From NCBI GenBank assembly GCA_963833985.1, contig CAWIAD010000002.1:1440001-1504000 (forward strand): 64,000 nucleotides of DNA, in the 5' to 3' direction. The translations under genes and the position numbers were made by a program. This document shows, in pieces, positions 1 to 11,008 of this stretch. The notes under the pieces are model-generated. The model had not been told where the DNA came from, searched no databases, and saw only the letters and a program-made list of their open reading frames with translations. Within the stretch, counting starts at the first letter, position 1; every line of letters begins with the position of its first letter. Origin of the DNA: an uncultured Planctomycetaceae bacterium. GTDB lineage: Bacteria; Planctomycetota; Planctomycetia; Isosphaerales; Isosphaeraceae.

Positions 1-1945
1 CAAGTTCTGGTTTTTCAGCCCCGCCAGCCCCATCACGGCGGCGTGCCGCAGGTAGGGGTCTTGATCGTGGTTCTCGCGCAGCAAGCTCAGCAGTGGCTGG
101 AACGATTCCTCGCGGCCCAGCTTGCCCAGGGCAATCGCCGCATGCAACCGCACCCGGGCCTCGGGGTCGTGCAGCAGCGGGATCAAGCTTTGTACCGCCT
201 CGGGCCGGCGTGCATCGCCGAGCACCCGCGCTGCCTGGGCACGTAATTCCGGATCGGCCTGCGTGAGCACGGGCTCAAGGACGGGCCGGAGGTCTTCGGA
301 GCCAGCGCTCTGACCGTGACCGCGGGCCAGTTGACCGAGCCCCCAGAGGGCATGAATCCGCGCCATTCGGTTCTCGGAGGATCGGACCACGGCCGCCAGG
401 GCGTCCCGCTGCTTCCGGCTCACCAGCTCGAACTGGGCTTCCTGCCGGACCAGCAAGGCAGCATGGCCCAGGAGGCGGCAGAGCTCGTCCGTCGTCCGCT
501 GCTCCATCCCCTCGGCGCAGCCTCTGCGCCTCGCGAACCGCGGCATCGTGCTTCCTTGCCGGGTCGAGCACGCGGTACAGACGCCCTTTCCCGGTCTTGC
601 CCCACCCCTCGACCCAGTCCGTGAAATAGAGCGCTCCGTCGGGCCCGAAATCGGCATCGGTCGCCAGGGTGCTCCAGACGAACTGCTGCGAATCGACCAG
701 CTCGAACGAGGCTCCCCTCGGTTTGAGAGCGAAGCTGCGGATGCCGCTCTGGCCGCTGGCACCCCGGAAATCGACCAGGAAGAAATGGTCCTTGTAGCGC
801 TCCGGGAGCAGGCTCACGCCGGGGTCGTAGGTCAGTCCCGACGGGCCGTCGGAGATGTTCGCGACCGGCGGTACCAGGTAGGCGGCTCGGGGCGCAGTCT
901 TCGGGTCCCACAGCCGCTCCTCGTTCCAGGGGCCCCGGCTGATGGGCTCCTCGATGAACTGGTAGCCGATCCGCCAGCCGCTGTCGCCCCCCTCGACCAC
1001 GTGCACCCAGCGGGCCCGGTCGCCGCTGTCGGAGTTATTGTCGCAAGTGAACAGGTTGCCGAACTGGTCGAAGATCAGCTCCTGCGGATTGCGCAGGCCG
1101 GTGGCGAAGACCTCGAGCTCCGTTCCATCCGGGTTGCACCGCAGCACCGAGCCAGACTCGATTGCGACCAGCGTCTTGCCCTCGCGCGTGGTGACGTTGA
1201 AGCCCCGGTCTCCAATGCTGAAATAGAGCATCCCGTCGGGACCCATGCGCAGGCCGTGCAAGTCGTGGCCCAGGAACCCCACGTGCACGCCGTAGCCCTG
1301 GTGCAGGAGGGTTCGTTCCGACGCCTTGCCCGATCCCGTGGCGTCGCGCAGCTTCCAGAGCCAGGGGATGCAGGTGTACCAGACCTCACCCTTGCGCGCC
1401 AGCAGCCCCGCACCGATGCCCGCGGCCGGGTCGTTGAAGCCATCGGCGAAGACCGTCGCGGCATCAGCCTTGCCGTCGTGATCGCGATCGACGACCTGCC
1501 GGACGCGCTCGTGCTCAACCTTGTAAGCCTCGAACTCCTCGCCCAGGAACTTCTGGTACATGGCCACGCGATCGGCGACCGTGCGGCAGGCCAGGTCGTC
1601 GTCGAGCCAGTTCATGTGCCCGCGCGTGTCGGTCACCCCCGCGCCCAGGCGGAAGGTCTCGGCGACGTAGAACCGCCCCTGCTCGTCCGTGCAAAAGGCG
1701 ACCGGGTTGGCCAGCAATGGCTCGGCCGCGAATAGCTCCACCTTCAGGCCGGCAGCGACGCGGAACGTCCGGATCGCCTGCTCGCCTTCGCTGGAAGCCG
1801 GCGCGATCGAAGGGTTGTAAGTGGACTGTCCTGGCCGTTGATCCTCTCCGCCGGCTCGTGCCGGCGCATCGGAAATCCATGAGAGGAGAAGGAGGGCTTG
1901 CGCGATGGACCAGGCAGCCCGGCGAACAGATGTCGGCTGATGCAT
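1..1945 (-). CDS. PVC-type membrane-bound dehydrogenase-like / heme-binding protein (beta-propeller then HEAT-like repeats); frameshifted near 515 and running off the left edge
   Basis: Signal peptide; motifs GLKVELFAAEPLLANPVAFCTDEQGRFYVAET, HDLHGLRMGPDGMLYFSIGDRG and GLRNPQELIFDQFGNLFTCDNNSD. After AQRL the protein continues in another frame (AEGMEQRTTDEL...VRQEAQFEL). Confidence 0.8.
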
Positions 1946-2155
1946 GAGCAAATCCAGAACGGGGGTAAGCGGCCGTGAGGGCGGGTTGGTCAGGTGGAGT
2001 CGAAGGAGAGATCCCGCGACTTTTGATAAAATCAGGATATACCGCGTGTGACCGATTGGGAAGCCAGGTTATCAGGCCCGGTGCGCGGCAAGGCAAGCGA
2101 GGATCAGCCATTGCTGATTGCGCAGTTCCGGTTCCCCTATTCCGCCGAGACGACG

Positions 2156-3034
2156 ATGAAACGCGAAGAGGACGAAAAGAATCCTGAAGCGCATCCTGAG
2201 GTCACACTCGACCGTGCCGTCAGGGCGATCACCCGGGCCGAAGCAATACTTGTGGGCGCCGGGGCGGGAATGGGCGTTGATAGCGGGCTTCCCGACTTTC
2301 GCGGTAGCCACGGATTCTGGAAGGCTTACCCGCCTTACGCCAGGCTGGGACTCGATTTCGTGGCGCTGGCCAGCCCGCGGTGGTTCCAGGAGGACCCCGA
2401 GCTGGCCTGGGGCTTCTACGGACACCGGCTGATGCTTTACCGCGAGACGGAACCCCACGAGGGATTTGCCATCCTGCACCGCTGGATGAGCAGGATGCCG
2501 TCAGGCGGGTTCGTCTACACCTCGAACGTGGACGGGCACTTCCAGAAGGCAGGCTTCGCTCCCGAGCGTATCTACGAGGTGCACGGGTCCATCGGGGCGA
2601 TGCAGTGCCTCTCGGAATGCAGCGCGGGGATCTTCTCCTCGGACTCCCATGTCATCGACATCGACCACGAGACCATGCGCGCACGCGGGGAATTGCCGCG
2701 TTGCCCGCAGTGCGGTGGCCTGGCCCGGCCCAACATCCTCATGTTCGGTGACTGGAGATGGAACCCATCACAGGCGGAAGCCCAGCAAGCGCGGTTGATG
2801 TCCTGGCTGAGTTCCGTCGCGGGATCACGGCTCGTGGTCATCGAATGCGGCGCGGGAACCGCCGTTCCCACCGTGCGCCTGGCCTGCCAGGATATTGCCG
2901 GGCGGTACCACGCCACGCTGATCCGCATCAATCCCCGTGAGCCGGAAGTTCCCGACGGGCAGATCTCGCTGCCGATGGGTGCCTTCGATGCGCTCTGGGC
3001 GCTCGATGAGCGCATCGGTTCGTGGAAGCCCTGA
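2156..3034 (+). CDS. Sir2-family NAD-dependent deacylase
   Basis: GAGAGMGVDSGLPDFRG, TSNVDGHFQKAG, EVHGS, two CxxC-like pairs, RPNILMFGD, GAGTAVPTVR, IRINP. Confidence 0.92.
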   Translation: MKREEDEKNPEAHPEVTLDRAVRAITRAEAILVGAGAGMGVDSGLPDFRGSHGFWKAYPPYARLGLDFVALASPRWFQEDPELAWGFYGHRLMLYRETEPHEGFAILHRWMSRMPSGGFVYTSNVDGHFQKAGFAPERIYEVHGSIGAMQCLSECSAGIFSSDSHVIDIDHETMRARGELPRCPQCGGLARPNILMFGDWRWNPSQAEAQQARLMSWLSSVAGSRLVVIECGAGTAVPTVRLACQDIAGRYHATLIRINPREPEVPDGQISLPMGAFDALWALDERIGSWKP

Positions 3035-3059
3035 CCGGAGACCGGGCCACCGCATGTCG

Positions 3060-3833
3060 TCAGCGCTTCTTGAGCGAGACTCCCAGGCCCTGGTCGTGCA
3101 TGTTGATGAACAGCGTTTCGAGTTCGGGGTTGGTGGTGAGGGCCTTCACGAACGCGGGGTCCGGCGGCGGGCTTGCCATGTTGTGGGCGACGATCAGTCC
3201 GCCTGGACGGACCAGGGGGAGCAGCTTGGTGAAGTAGTCGAGATATCCCTGCTTGTCGGCATCAATGAAGAGCAGATCGATCGGGTCTTTGAGCTGGGTG
3301 ACGTTCTTGTGTGCATCGCCCAGGACCTGGGTGATGAGGCTGGCGACGCCGGCCTTGTGGAAGTTGGCCCGCGCCATCTCGAAGCGGCTGCGGTCGATGT
3401 CGAACGTGGTCAGGTGGCCGCCGGTCTTGCCGAGCGCGAGGCTGAACCAGATCCCGGAATAACCGTTGGAAGTGCCAATCTCGACCACGTTCCTGGCACC
3501 GGTCGCCTCGGTCAGCAGCCGGAGCATCCGGCCGTCCTCGCGCGGCACGTTGGACGTCCCCTGGCGGTAATGGTCCAGCGTATCGAGGACTTCCAGGACC
3601 CTGGCCTCGGCCTCGTCGCGGGGCAGGGGCGGCTGGACACTGGCGGCTTCGGTTGCGCCGGGGACCGAGCTGGCCGATGAGATGGAGACAGGCGGTGCGG
3701 CCGTTTTCGCACCAGTCTCCTGGGCCGGCGTGGTCTGAGCCCCGCTCAGCGTCGCGGAGCCCTCGATCAGGAGCGAACCAGCAAACAGACCTCCGCCCAG
3801 CAGGGCGCAGATCCCCAGGGCACGTTGCGTCAT
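3060..3833 (-). CDS. class I SAM-dependent O-methyltransferase with N-terminal signal/low-complexity extension
   Basis: VVEIGTSNGYSGIW, LLFIDADKQGY, GGLIVAHN; hydrophobic N-terminus. Confidence 0.88.
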   Translation of the reverse strand: MTQRALGICALLGGGLFAGSLLIEGSATLSGAQTTPAQETGAKTAAPPVSISSASSVPGATEAASVQPPLPRDEAEARVLEVLDTLDHYRQGTSNVPREDGRMLRLLTEATGARNVVEIGTSNGYSGIWFSLALGKTGGHLTTFDIDRSRFEMARANFHKAGVASLITQVLGDAHKNVTQLKDPIDLLFIDADKQGYLDYFTKLLPLVRPGGLIVAHNMASPPPDPAFVKALTTNPELETLFINMHDQGLGVSLKKR

Positions 3834-4001
3834 CGCGTCGTCCTTTCGGAGTGATTGGTGATTCCCGGCTGGCGTCGCGATGACCACCGTGCGTGGCCCG
3901 CGCGCCGTGCGTGGCGGGAGCTCTCCTGCCATTCCTTATAACGCTTCCCAAGGGCTGCCGCCATGGGCCAGTTCGCTCGTTTGCCAGGCCCCACACCAGG
4001 C

Positions 4002-4454
4002 TCAACCGGAAAGGAGTTCCAGGAGCCGACCGATCAGCCAGACGAGCACACCCACACTCAGGAGGGCGAGCCCGATCAGTGTCGGTGCAAGCATGAGCCA
4101 GGCGACGATCCTCATGACGCGGCGTCGCCGCTCGAAGGGCGCTTCATGGTCCAGTCCCGCCCAGTCGTCCTCGTCGTCGCTCTCCGGAATGGTGCGATCT
4201 TGCGCAAGCAGCACGCGCGCATCGGCCAGATGCTCCTGCGGAACCCGGATGCGGATGCCTTCCGTGGCAATCTGGAACATCGACGCGCTTCCCATGTGCT
4301 CGTTCTCGAGGATCGTCGGTATGCCTTCGGCCTCGAGCAGCAGGCGTTTCGCCTCGGCGTCGGTGTCGGTGCCGTGGGTCGCAACCACGACCCAGTTCGT
4401 AGGGATGTCGCCTGCGGCTGCCTGGCCGGGGCGTTCGTCCGATAGGCTTGTCAT
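4002..4454 (-). CDS. DUF2007-like (putative signal-transducing) protein with C-terminal TM helix
   Basis: AEAKRLLLEAEGIPTILENE...GIRIRVPQEHLADARVLL pattern; hydrophobic C-terminus. Confidence 0.7.
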   Translation of the reverse strand: MTSLSDERPGQAAAGDIPTNWVVVATHGTDTDAEAKRLLLEAEGIPTILENEHMGSASMFQIATEGIRIRVPQEHLADARVLLAQDRTIPESDDEDDWAGLDHEAPFERRRRVMRIVAWLMLAPTLIGLALLSVGVLVWLIGRLLELLSG

Positions 4455-5549
4455 CGCCGAGTTCCCCGGTAAAGGATGTGTTCCTGCGCCGAAATGCAAC
4501 CCTGGGACTCGAATGCTGATTGTAATCGAACTGGCCTCCCAGGTGTAGCCATGGTAGCCAGAACGCCGCCGATGCCGCTCAGGACTGGAAAACTCAAAAA
4601 TCATATGACTATTCGAATTCTTAATGATCGTGACTATCTATTAAATTCTTATTTGCTGGTATGACCGGGTGTTCTCAGCCGGGCGTGCCATACGGCCGGA
4701 GCCGCATGCACTGCACCAGTCGTGGCGGGAAGGACAAACACGATCGCGCTCTCATTCACCGTGAGAGTCTGCGGCGCTGTTCCATCGAGCGTCAGCTCGA
4801 CCCGGCCATTCATTGTCCCGGGCAGGATTGCGCCGGCCCGGTTGCCCGCGGCTGCAAGGAACCAGGCATCAACCTGGCCGTCCAGCTCTTCCGTGACAAA
4901 CGATGCCCCCGCGCGGCCGAAGTCGTGTCCGGCAACCGTGTGCAGGCATCCGGCAACGAGGCCCGGAGCCCGCGCCAGGAAGCCGAAGCCGGCAAGGGCG
5001 CCTGCGCGGGCGTCAGCGGACGGCCGCGGTTCCGGGCCCAGGTTCGCGACGACCCGCACGGGCCCATAGGTGGCCCGGATCAGCCCATCGTCGCCGGCGG
5101 CCGGCCCGGGTTCGTGCTCGAACGCGGTGACCGGTGTTCCGGTATATCGGGCAGCGATGGATCGCTGGATCCGCGCCAGCCAGCGCAGCCACTCCCGGCG
5201 CGCGGGCTGGCTCAAGGAACGCAGGGTGATCTCCTCGCTCATGCCAAAGCCCAGACCCAGTGTCCAGCTCAGCGTGCGCTGGTCGCTCACGAACTTGCCC
5301 AGGTCGTGGTGCAGCAGCGCGGCCTTGTCGTGCGCCAGCACCTGGGCCACGGGGAAGATTTCCCAGGTACCCGGAGGATAGCGGCTCTGAAACGGCTGCG
5401 CCCACTCGGGATTGCGCCCGGGAACCAGCCCGAACGTGAAGCCGCAAAGCTGCACCTCGGCGTCAAGCACGCGGTCGTGACCGTCCTCGGTGGCCAGCGG
5501 CCGTACCTTTGCGTCTTCGTGGGCCTGGGAGAGCAGGCCCTCGACGTAA

Positions 5550-6902
5550 GGCGACCGGCACGTCGAGATCTACCCGGAATTGAGCTTCCCCGTTCTGTGA
5601 GATGATGCAAGGCTAGAGCCTGGCCTGTTGCCGTCTGTACACCAGGGAGGGGAACCGTCATGGAAGGATCCACTGAGTGCCTCGACGCCTTGATCTGTTC
5701 GGGAGCCAGACGGCTGACCGGATACCAGCGCCGATTGTTCATGGCCGAGGTGGCCACGGAACTCTGTGAAGGCAGCGCCCGCCAAGCTGAACGACGCTTC
5801 GGCTGGGGACGAGAAACGGTCCTGAAAGGACTGCACGAGGCCCGTCAAGGGATACGCTGTCTCGAGAATTTCGTCGCGAGAGGTCGGCTGCGCAGCGAAG
5901 AGAAGGACCCGCAACTGGCTGCGGACATCCGTGCGATCGTCGAGCCCCATACCTACGCCGATCCGGAACTGAAGTCGTCGCGACGGTACATGAACCTGTC
6001 GGCGGCGGAGGTGCGAGGAGCCTTGATTGACAAGGGCTATCCCCGAGACGCGTTGCCCAGCGAGCGCACCATGCGGGACATCCTCAACCGCATGAACTTC
6101 CGCCTCAAGCGGATTCAGAAGGGCAGGCCGCTGAAGAAGACCAAGGAGACCGACGCGATCTTCGCCAACGTGAAGGAGGTGCAGCAACAGGCTCGGGACG
6201 ATCCTGAGGCGCTGGAGATCTCCATGGACACCAAGGCGAAGGTGGGATTGGGCGATTACGCTCGTGGGGGGAAAAACCAGGACCGCCGCCGACGGTCAAG
6301 TGGCCAAGGGATGGGATCACGATCCGCCAGCCAAGGAGAAGCTGGTCCCTTTCGGCATCGTGATGCGGGTGACCGGGGTATTGATGCTCCTGTTCGGATC
6401 GCGCGAGACCAGCGACGCTTGGGCCGATGCGCTCCGCATGTGGTGGCTGCAGGTCCGGTCAGGCTTCGGGCATGTCAAGCGCCTGGTGATCTATCTGGAC
6501 AACGGCCCCAAGAACTCCGGTCGGCGGACCCAGTTCCTGAAACGGATGGTCCAGTTTGCCGACTGGTCGGGGTTGGAGATTCGGTTGGTGTACTATCCCC
6601 CCTACCACAGCAAATACAACCCGATTGAACGCTGCTGGTCGGCCCTGGAGAAGAAATGGAACGGCGTGTTACTGAACTGCCTGAAGGTGGTCCTGCAATG
6701 CGCCCTACGAATGACCTGGAAGCGCCGGCACCCGATCGTGAAACGCCTCCACGGCGAGTATCCCGATGGCGTTCGAGTCGCCGCCAAGGAGATGAAGCAG
6801 TACGAAGCTCGATTGGAAAGATCGGCGACCCTGCCGAAGTATGACATCACTATCAAACCGAGAATCACCGAGCAGCAGGGAAACTAAGACCTGCCGCTCG
6901 CC
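5550..6902 (+). mobile_element. ISAzo13-family insertion sequence, copy 1 (1353 bp)
   Basis: Terminal IRs GGCGACCGGCACGTC / GGCGAGCGGCAGGTC (13/15); TAA direct repeats at 5547-5549 and 6903-6905; ends confirmed by the second copy. Confidence 0.93.
5660..6887 (+). CDS. ISAzo13-family DDE transposase in two overlapping frames (junction GGGGGGAAAAA at 6266-6276)
   Basis: ISMDTKAKV, IYLDNGPKNSGRRTQF, YYPPYHSKYNPIERCWSALE; ORFs 5660..6628 and 6264..6887. Confidence 0.9.
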
Positions 6903-9170
6903 TAAGCATGGGGCGATGGCGATGCCGGGTTGCGGTCGTAGACCGGGCCGCGTGCGCCGACCTGGTCCTGAAACAGGATGTCCACCGGGTAATCCTTGAC
7001 GAACTGGAGCCGGAGCGCGGTATTGGCCGCGCGCACGGCGGGATGCCAGGGAGTTGTCGTCCACCCCACGCTCCGCGGTCCGTAGCGCTCGTGATACGGC
7101 CGGCCGTCGAGCCCGCGCGCAGGGGAGCGTCGCCAGCCTTCAGGAAGGTCGGTCCGCGCGGCTCGTCGCACCACCAGGTGGGGTTCGTGTAGGGCATCAC
7201 CAGGTGGCCAAGCTGGTGAGCCCGCTCGATCACGGCGCGCAGGTCCGCCTCGGTGCCGAAGCCGGCACGCGGAGGCAGGTGGTCCGGGTACTGCTTGTCA
7301 AAACCGCCGTGCAGGTAATCGGCGAAATGGATCAAGGTCGGGACCGGCAAGGTCGGCAGACTTTCGAGCAGGTCATGCGCCGACCCGTTGAACTTCACGA
7401 GCACCGTCTTGCGAAACCGGTCGAACCGCTCCGGGGGCAGCTTTTCCTCCAGGGTCCGGCCCAGTGCGTTCGCCCGAGCGTAGCGATGCAGGTCTTCCCA
7501 CACCGAGTGCCCGGCCGAGAGACGCACGATCGGGGACTGCCAGGGACGGCCGGGCGGCAGGTACACCACAAAGCCGCGCGTGGACCAGCCTCCCTGCTCG
7601 TCGCCTCCGAATTGCAGCTTGCCGGGAGTGAAAAGCGCCGCCGGGTCGTTCCGGCCCTGCCAGGGTTGCCAGGTACGCGGCTGGACGCGGTAGACCGCCA
7701 GGCTGCCCGAGTTGCTGGCAAGGTGGACGAAGTCCGCGAACGCCGGCGGATACTCGGCCTCGTAGCCGAGATAGCGCCGGGGCACAAGAGCGGCGTAAAA
7801 CGGGTATCCGCCCGTCTCGATCCAGTGCCCACCCTGGCGGACGAACCGGCCCACGGCGTCGATCAGTTCGCGCACGCCTTCCGGCGCTGCGGCGGGCAGC
7901 CATTCGCCGTAGGGGTTGATGATCGCCAGGTCGCTTGCGGCACGCAGGCCGCGGAGCAGCTCCTCGACCGTGGCGATGAGCTCGACCCGGCACCCCGCCT
8001 CTGCCGCCAGGCGGTCGAGACGTGGTTTCCAGGACGCGACAGGGATCGCATTGCCGCCTCCGGTTTCCGGCCCGTTTTCGAGCTGGATCAGGCCGATGGT
8101 GGTGCGGCGCCCATGCCCTGTGGCAAGGTTCCGGACCAGCCCGAGGAAGGCCGCATGGGCCAGTTCTGCCTCGGCCGGCCGCACGAACCCGCCCCAGCGC
8201 CAGAACCTGCCGGTGCCTCCCAGGCGGCTGGCGCTCAGTACGGGTCCGCTGGCGGAATCAAGCAGCACGAGGTCCGCGGACGATCGCGTGGGCGGCCGGC
8301 ACACATCCACGCGGGCGCCCTGGAGCCGAGCGGCCAGGGCGTCGCCCAGCCAGGCCTTTCCCGCCGAGGTCACCGCGATCGGTTCGGAGGCGCTCTCCAT
8401 GGCGCGCATCACGATCCCATCAGGGACCAGCCTGGAAAGATTCTCCGGGCCCATGTTCCAGGGCAGCCAGCCCGCGGCATGGGCCTGCTTCCGGAAGAAA
8501 GACGCCCGCAGTGCCACCCCGACGCCGTCATGAGGCGCCAGCGGGGCGACGAAGCGCTTCAGCTTCGAGGGATCGAAACGCAGCCGCCCGGGAAGCTCGA
8601 ACGCGAGGATGGCTCGTGCGTACGGTTCCACCGTCGCGTGGATGTCGACACCCTCTTCAACACCCTCCACGACCACCCGCACGCGAGCCTCGGCCGAGCG
8701 AAAATCGAGCTCGATCCTGTCTGATCCGGGCTGGTGCTGGACGTTCAGGCTGCGCCCGGATACGCCGGGCGAGAACTCGCGGGCCGCGAGCGCCGAACCA
8801 TCCTCGAACGTGATCCGCCAGAGCCCATGCTCGCTCCCGCGGACGACCGTTTCGGACTGGCCGGCCATGCCCGCCCGGAGAAGGGACCCCGTCACAGGGT
8901 CCAGCACGACCTCGCACGCGCCTCCGCGGATCTGGATCGGTTCCGCGGCCGACGCACTCAGGCAGGTGAAGGCCAGCCAGCAGGCCGCAAGCGGGCCGAT
9001 TCGTCGTTTCATCGCGATGCTCCTCATCGAGCCGGGTTCTTTCATCATTCATTCGTGAACGAAGCGTGCAGCACCCTCATCGGAGCAACCCGGGCCGGTC
9101 CAGTCAAGCATTCAGAGGACCCATCGATATCGCGCGGAATCTCTGTTCCGGCTGCGTGAGCGCTGCGAGA

Positions 9171-9510
9171 ATGTCTGGATCATCGCTTGTTTACCCCGTC
9201 GAATGGCTCGGGGCTCAGGAGCGTGAAAGCCTGCCCCTCGGTCGATATTCTGCTGATCAGCGGGCTGCACGCGAACGAGCGCTGCGCCCCGCTCCTGCGC
9301 GCGAAGTCTACCGGATGCTGCGCCAGGGCGCGTTCGGGGTATGCCTGGTCGAGATCCCCTTCGCACACACGCTCCTGGCTCTCCTGGACGATCCCGCGGC
9401 CGCCGTGCCGGTCTACTCGCTGCCGGCGGGTACGCGGCGTCTGGACATGGATCTGGATGCGCTCGACCTGGAGCTTCGGCGGCGTTTTCCCGGAGCACTG
9501 GCCGTCGAAA
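9171..9510 (+). pseudogene. possible frameshifted or truncated M14-like (HxxE) metallohydrolase fragment
   Basis: Stitching frames gives VDILLISGLHANERCAPLL-AREVYRMLRQG; the GLHANE motif is the only support. Confidence 0.3.
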
Positions 9511-9633
9511 CACTTTGCCGAGCTCGGCATAAGGATTCTCATGCCCAGCGACCTCAGGGCTCGAGGTAAGCGAGCGCGTAGAGAAGGTGACACGGTGGAC
9601 TAAAACGGGGCCACCCACAATCTGCAACTAAAA

Positions 9634-9696
9634 CGGTGATAAAACGGGGCCACCCAGAGTCTGAGATCTCAGCCAATGGGTGGCGCTTCTGCCATC
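9634..9696. repeat. 63-bp palindromic repeat (GCCACCCA...TGGGTGGC), copy 1
   Basis: Near-identical copy at 12745-12807; extra AAAACGGGGCCACCCAC at about 9602. Confidence 0.8.
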
Positions 9697-9905
9697 GCCG
9701 CGAAATACCGGCCCAGCAGCCGACCGCCATCCCTTCAGAGACTTTCGAGCCCGCCACCCTGCCGTCCTCGGTAACCTTCAGGTCCTCCGCCCGGTCTTGC
9801 TCCCGGACGTGTTCGACCCGCTGCTTGATCGACGTGTGCGTGCTGGTCTCGGACGCCTGGGCAATCCCCGCGGGCACCGGATTCATTTGGAGATGGGCGT
9901 AGGAC
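9697..9905 (-). pseudogene. RAYT-like (Y1/HUH) transposase fragment
   Basis: YAHLQMNPVPAGIAQASETSTHTSIKQRVEH resembles the Y-x-D-L-N-P-x-x-A-G...TSIKQR region of REP-associated tyrosine transposases. Confidence 0.6.
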
Positions 9906-9929
9906 ACCAGCCGGGAATCCGGAACTCCT

Positions 9930-10066
9930 GGGGCCATCGGCATTCCCCCCCCGACCCGCACCGAGCTTCAAGCGGCCCGGCACACCAAGCCGAGCCGTCA
10001 GGCCAACTTGCGAGCTTGAATCCTGCGCGGGCGGAACGGATGCCACCCCGAATTATGGATGGCCCC
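9930..10066. mobile_element. MITE/REPIN-like element, copy A (IRs GGGGCCATC / GATGGCCCC)
   Basis: Near-identical to 20478-20615; diverged copy at 39642-39776. Confidence 0.75.
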
Positions 10067-10079
10067 TTCCCCCTGCACC

Positions 10080-10430
10080 GGCCCGCCCGGGCCAAGCCAT
10101 CGGACGTTACTCATTGCACAGATGCCAGTTAAGTTTGAGTTTCCCGTTGGCTTCGTTCCGTGACTTGTGCGTGCGGAAGACCCTGGCAACGTGCTGGAAG
10201 GGCGGGACATCGCTGTCTCCATGGAGCCGTCCCACGACCCCGGGGCGCTGCGCCGGCAGGAACCACCGCGCCGTTTTCCTGCTCGACCTCCTCGCCGCAT
10301 CACTGCCCCGCGACGGGCCCATTTTGGGTTCGTTCCCGGGCCCGCCCGGGCGAAGCCATCGGACTTTAACCCTTTCGCGTACAGGATTTAGGTTTGCATT
10401 TTCGATTGGGTTCGATCCCCGACTTGTGCG
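10080..10430. repeat. two diverged 92-bp direct repeats (10080-10171 and 10339-10430)
   Basis: Both start GGCCCGCCCGGGCSAAGCCATCGGAC and end TTGGSTTCGWTCC...GACTTGTGCG. Confidence 0.7.
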
Positions 10431-11008
10431 CTGTAAAATTCCTGCGGACCGCCTCAACCGCCTGGTCAACGAGGGGAGCCGCGCGCCGCCGGCCCGGCGC
10501 TGGTCCAATCCATCCACCGCATTGTCAAAGAGCCGTGGGCACGCTCTGCCTGCGGGCCGATGCGTACGCGGCCTGCCAGAGCACCCGCGGCCTGGTTCCG
10601 CAGGGCACGCTCTCCTTGCGGGCCGAGGCCAATCCGGGATGCCATCGCAGGCTCTCCCGTCCTACTCAGTCTACGGCGGAAATGCCGGCGATCGTGCGAA
10701 TTCGCCGCCGAGTGACATCCTCCCGCCAACACCGGGCCGGTTGCCACTCGCGCACCCGACAGGCCAGACCGCGTAGCCACAGGCCCGATCACCCCGAAGT
10801 GCGTGGGCACCCTGGTGGAGGTGGCGGATGGCCATCTGCGCAAGCGCCCCGGGGTGCACGAGCGCCCCGAGTCCGAGCCGGATGCCCCTGGACGCTAGCA
10901 CCCTGGTGCCCTGGCCGACGGCCTCGGCCGCGAGCGCCCGGAGTCCGGGCCGGAGGGCCTCGTGCTTGAGTGCCCGGAGCACGCGAGCGCTCCGGAGTCC
11001 CGAGGCGG

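Larger units (their letters stand above)
4649..9048 (-). pseudogene. large secreted glycoside-hydrolase-like protein (DUF6259-like), split by ISAzo13 copy 1, with an extra frameshift near 7115
   Basis: Signal peptide; TIM-barrel-like segment GFDKQYPDHLPP...FGTEADLRAVIERAHQLGHLVMPYTNPTWW and DILFQDQVGAR. Removing the IS and one TAA joins SPSPHA-YVEGLLSQ...VLDAEVQLCG in frame. Confidence 0.7.

Noticed and set aside
2156..3034. Sir2 anti-phage defence system
   Set aside because: It is a stand-alone sirtuin with a Zn-binding module and no HerA, pAgo or Ths partner nearby.
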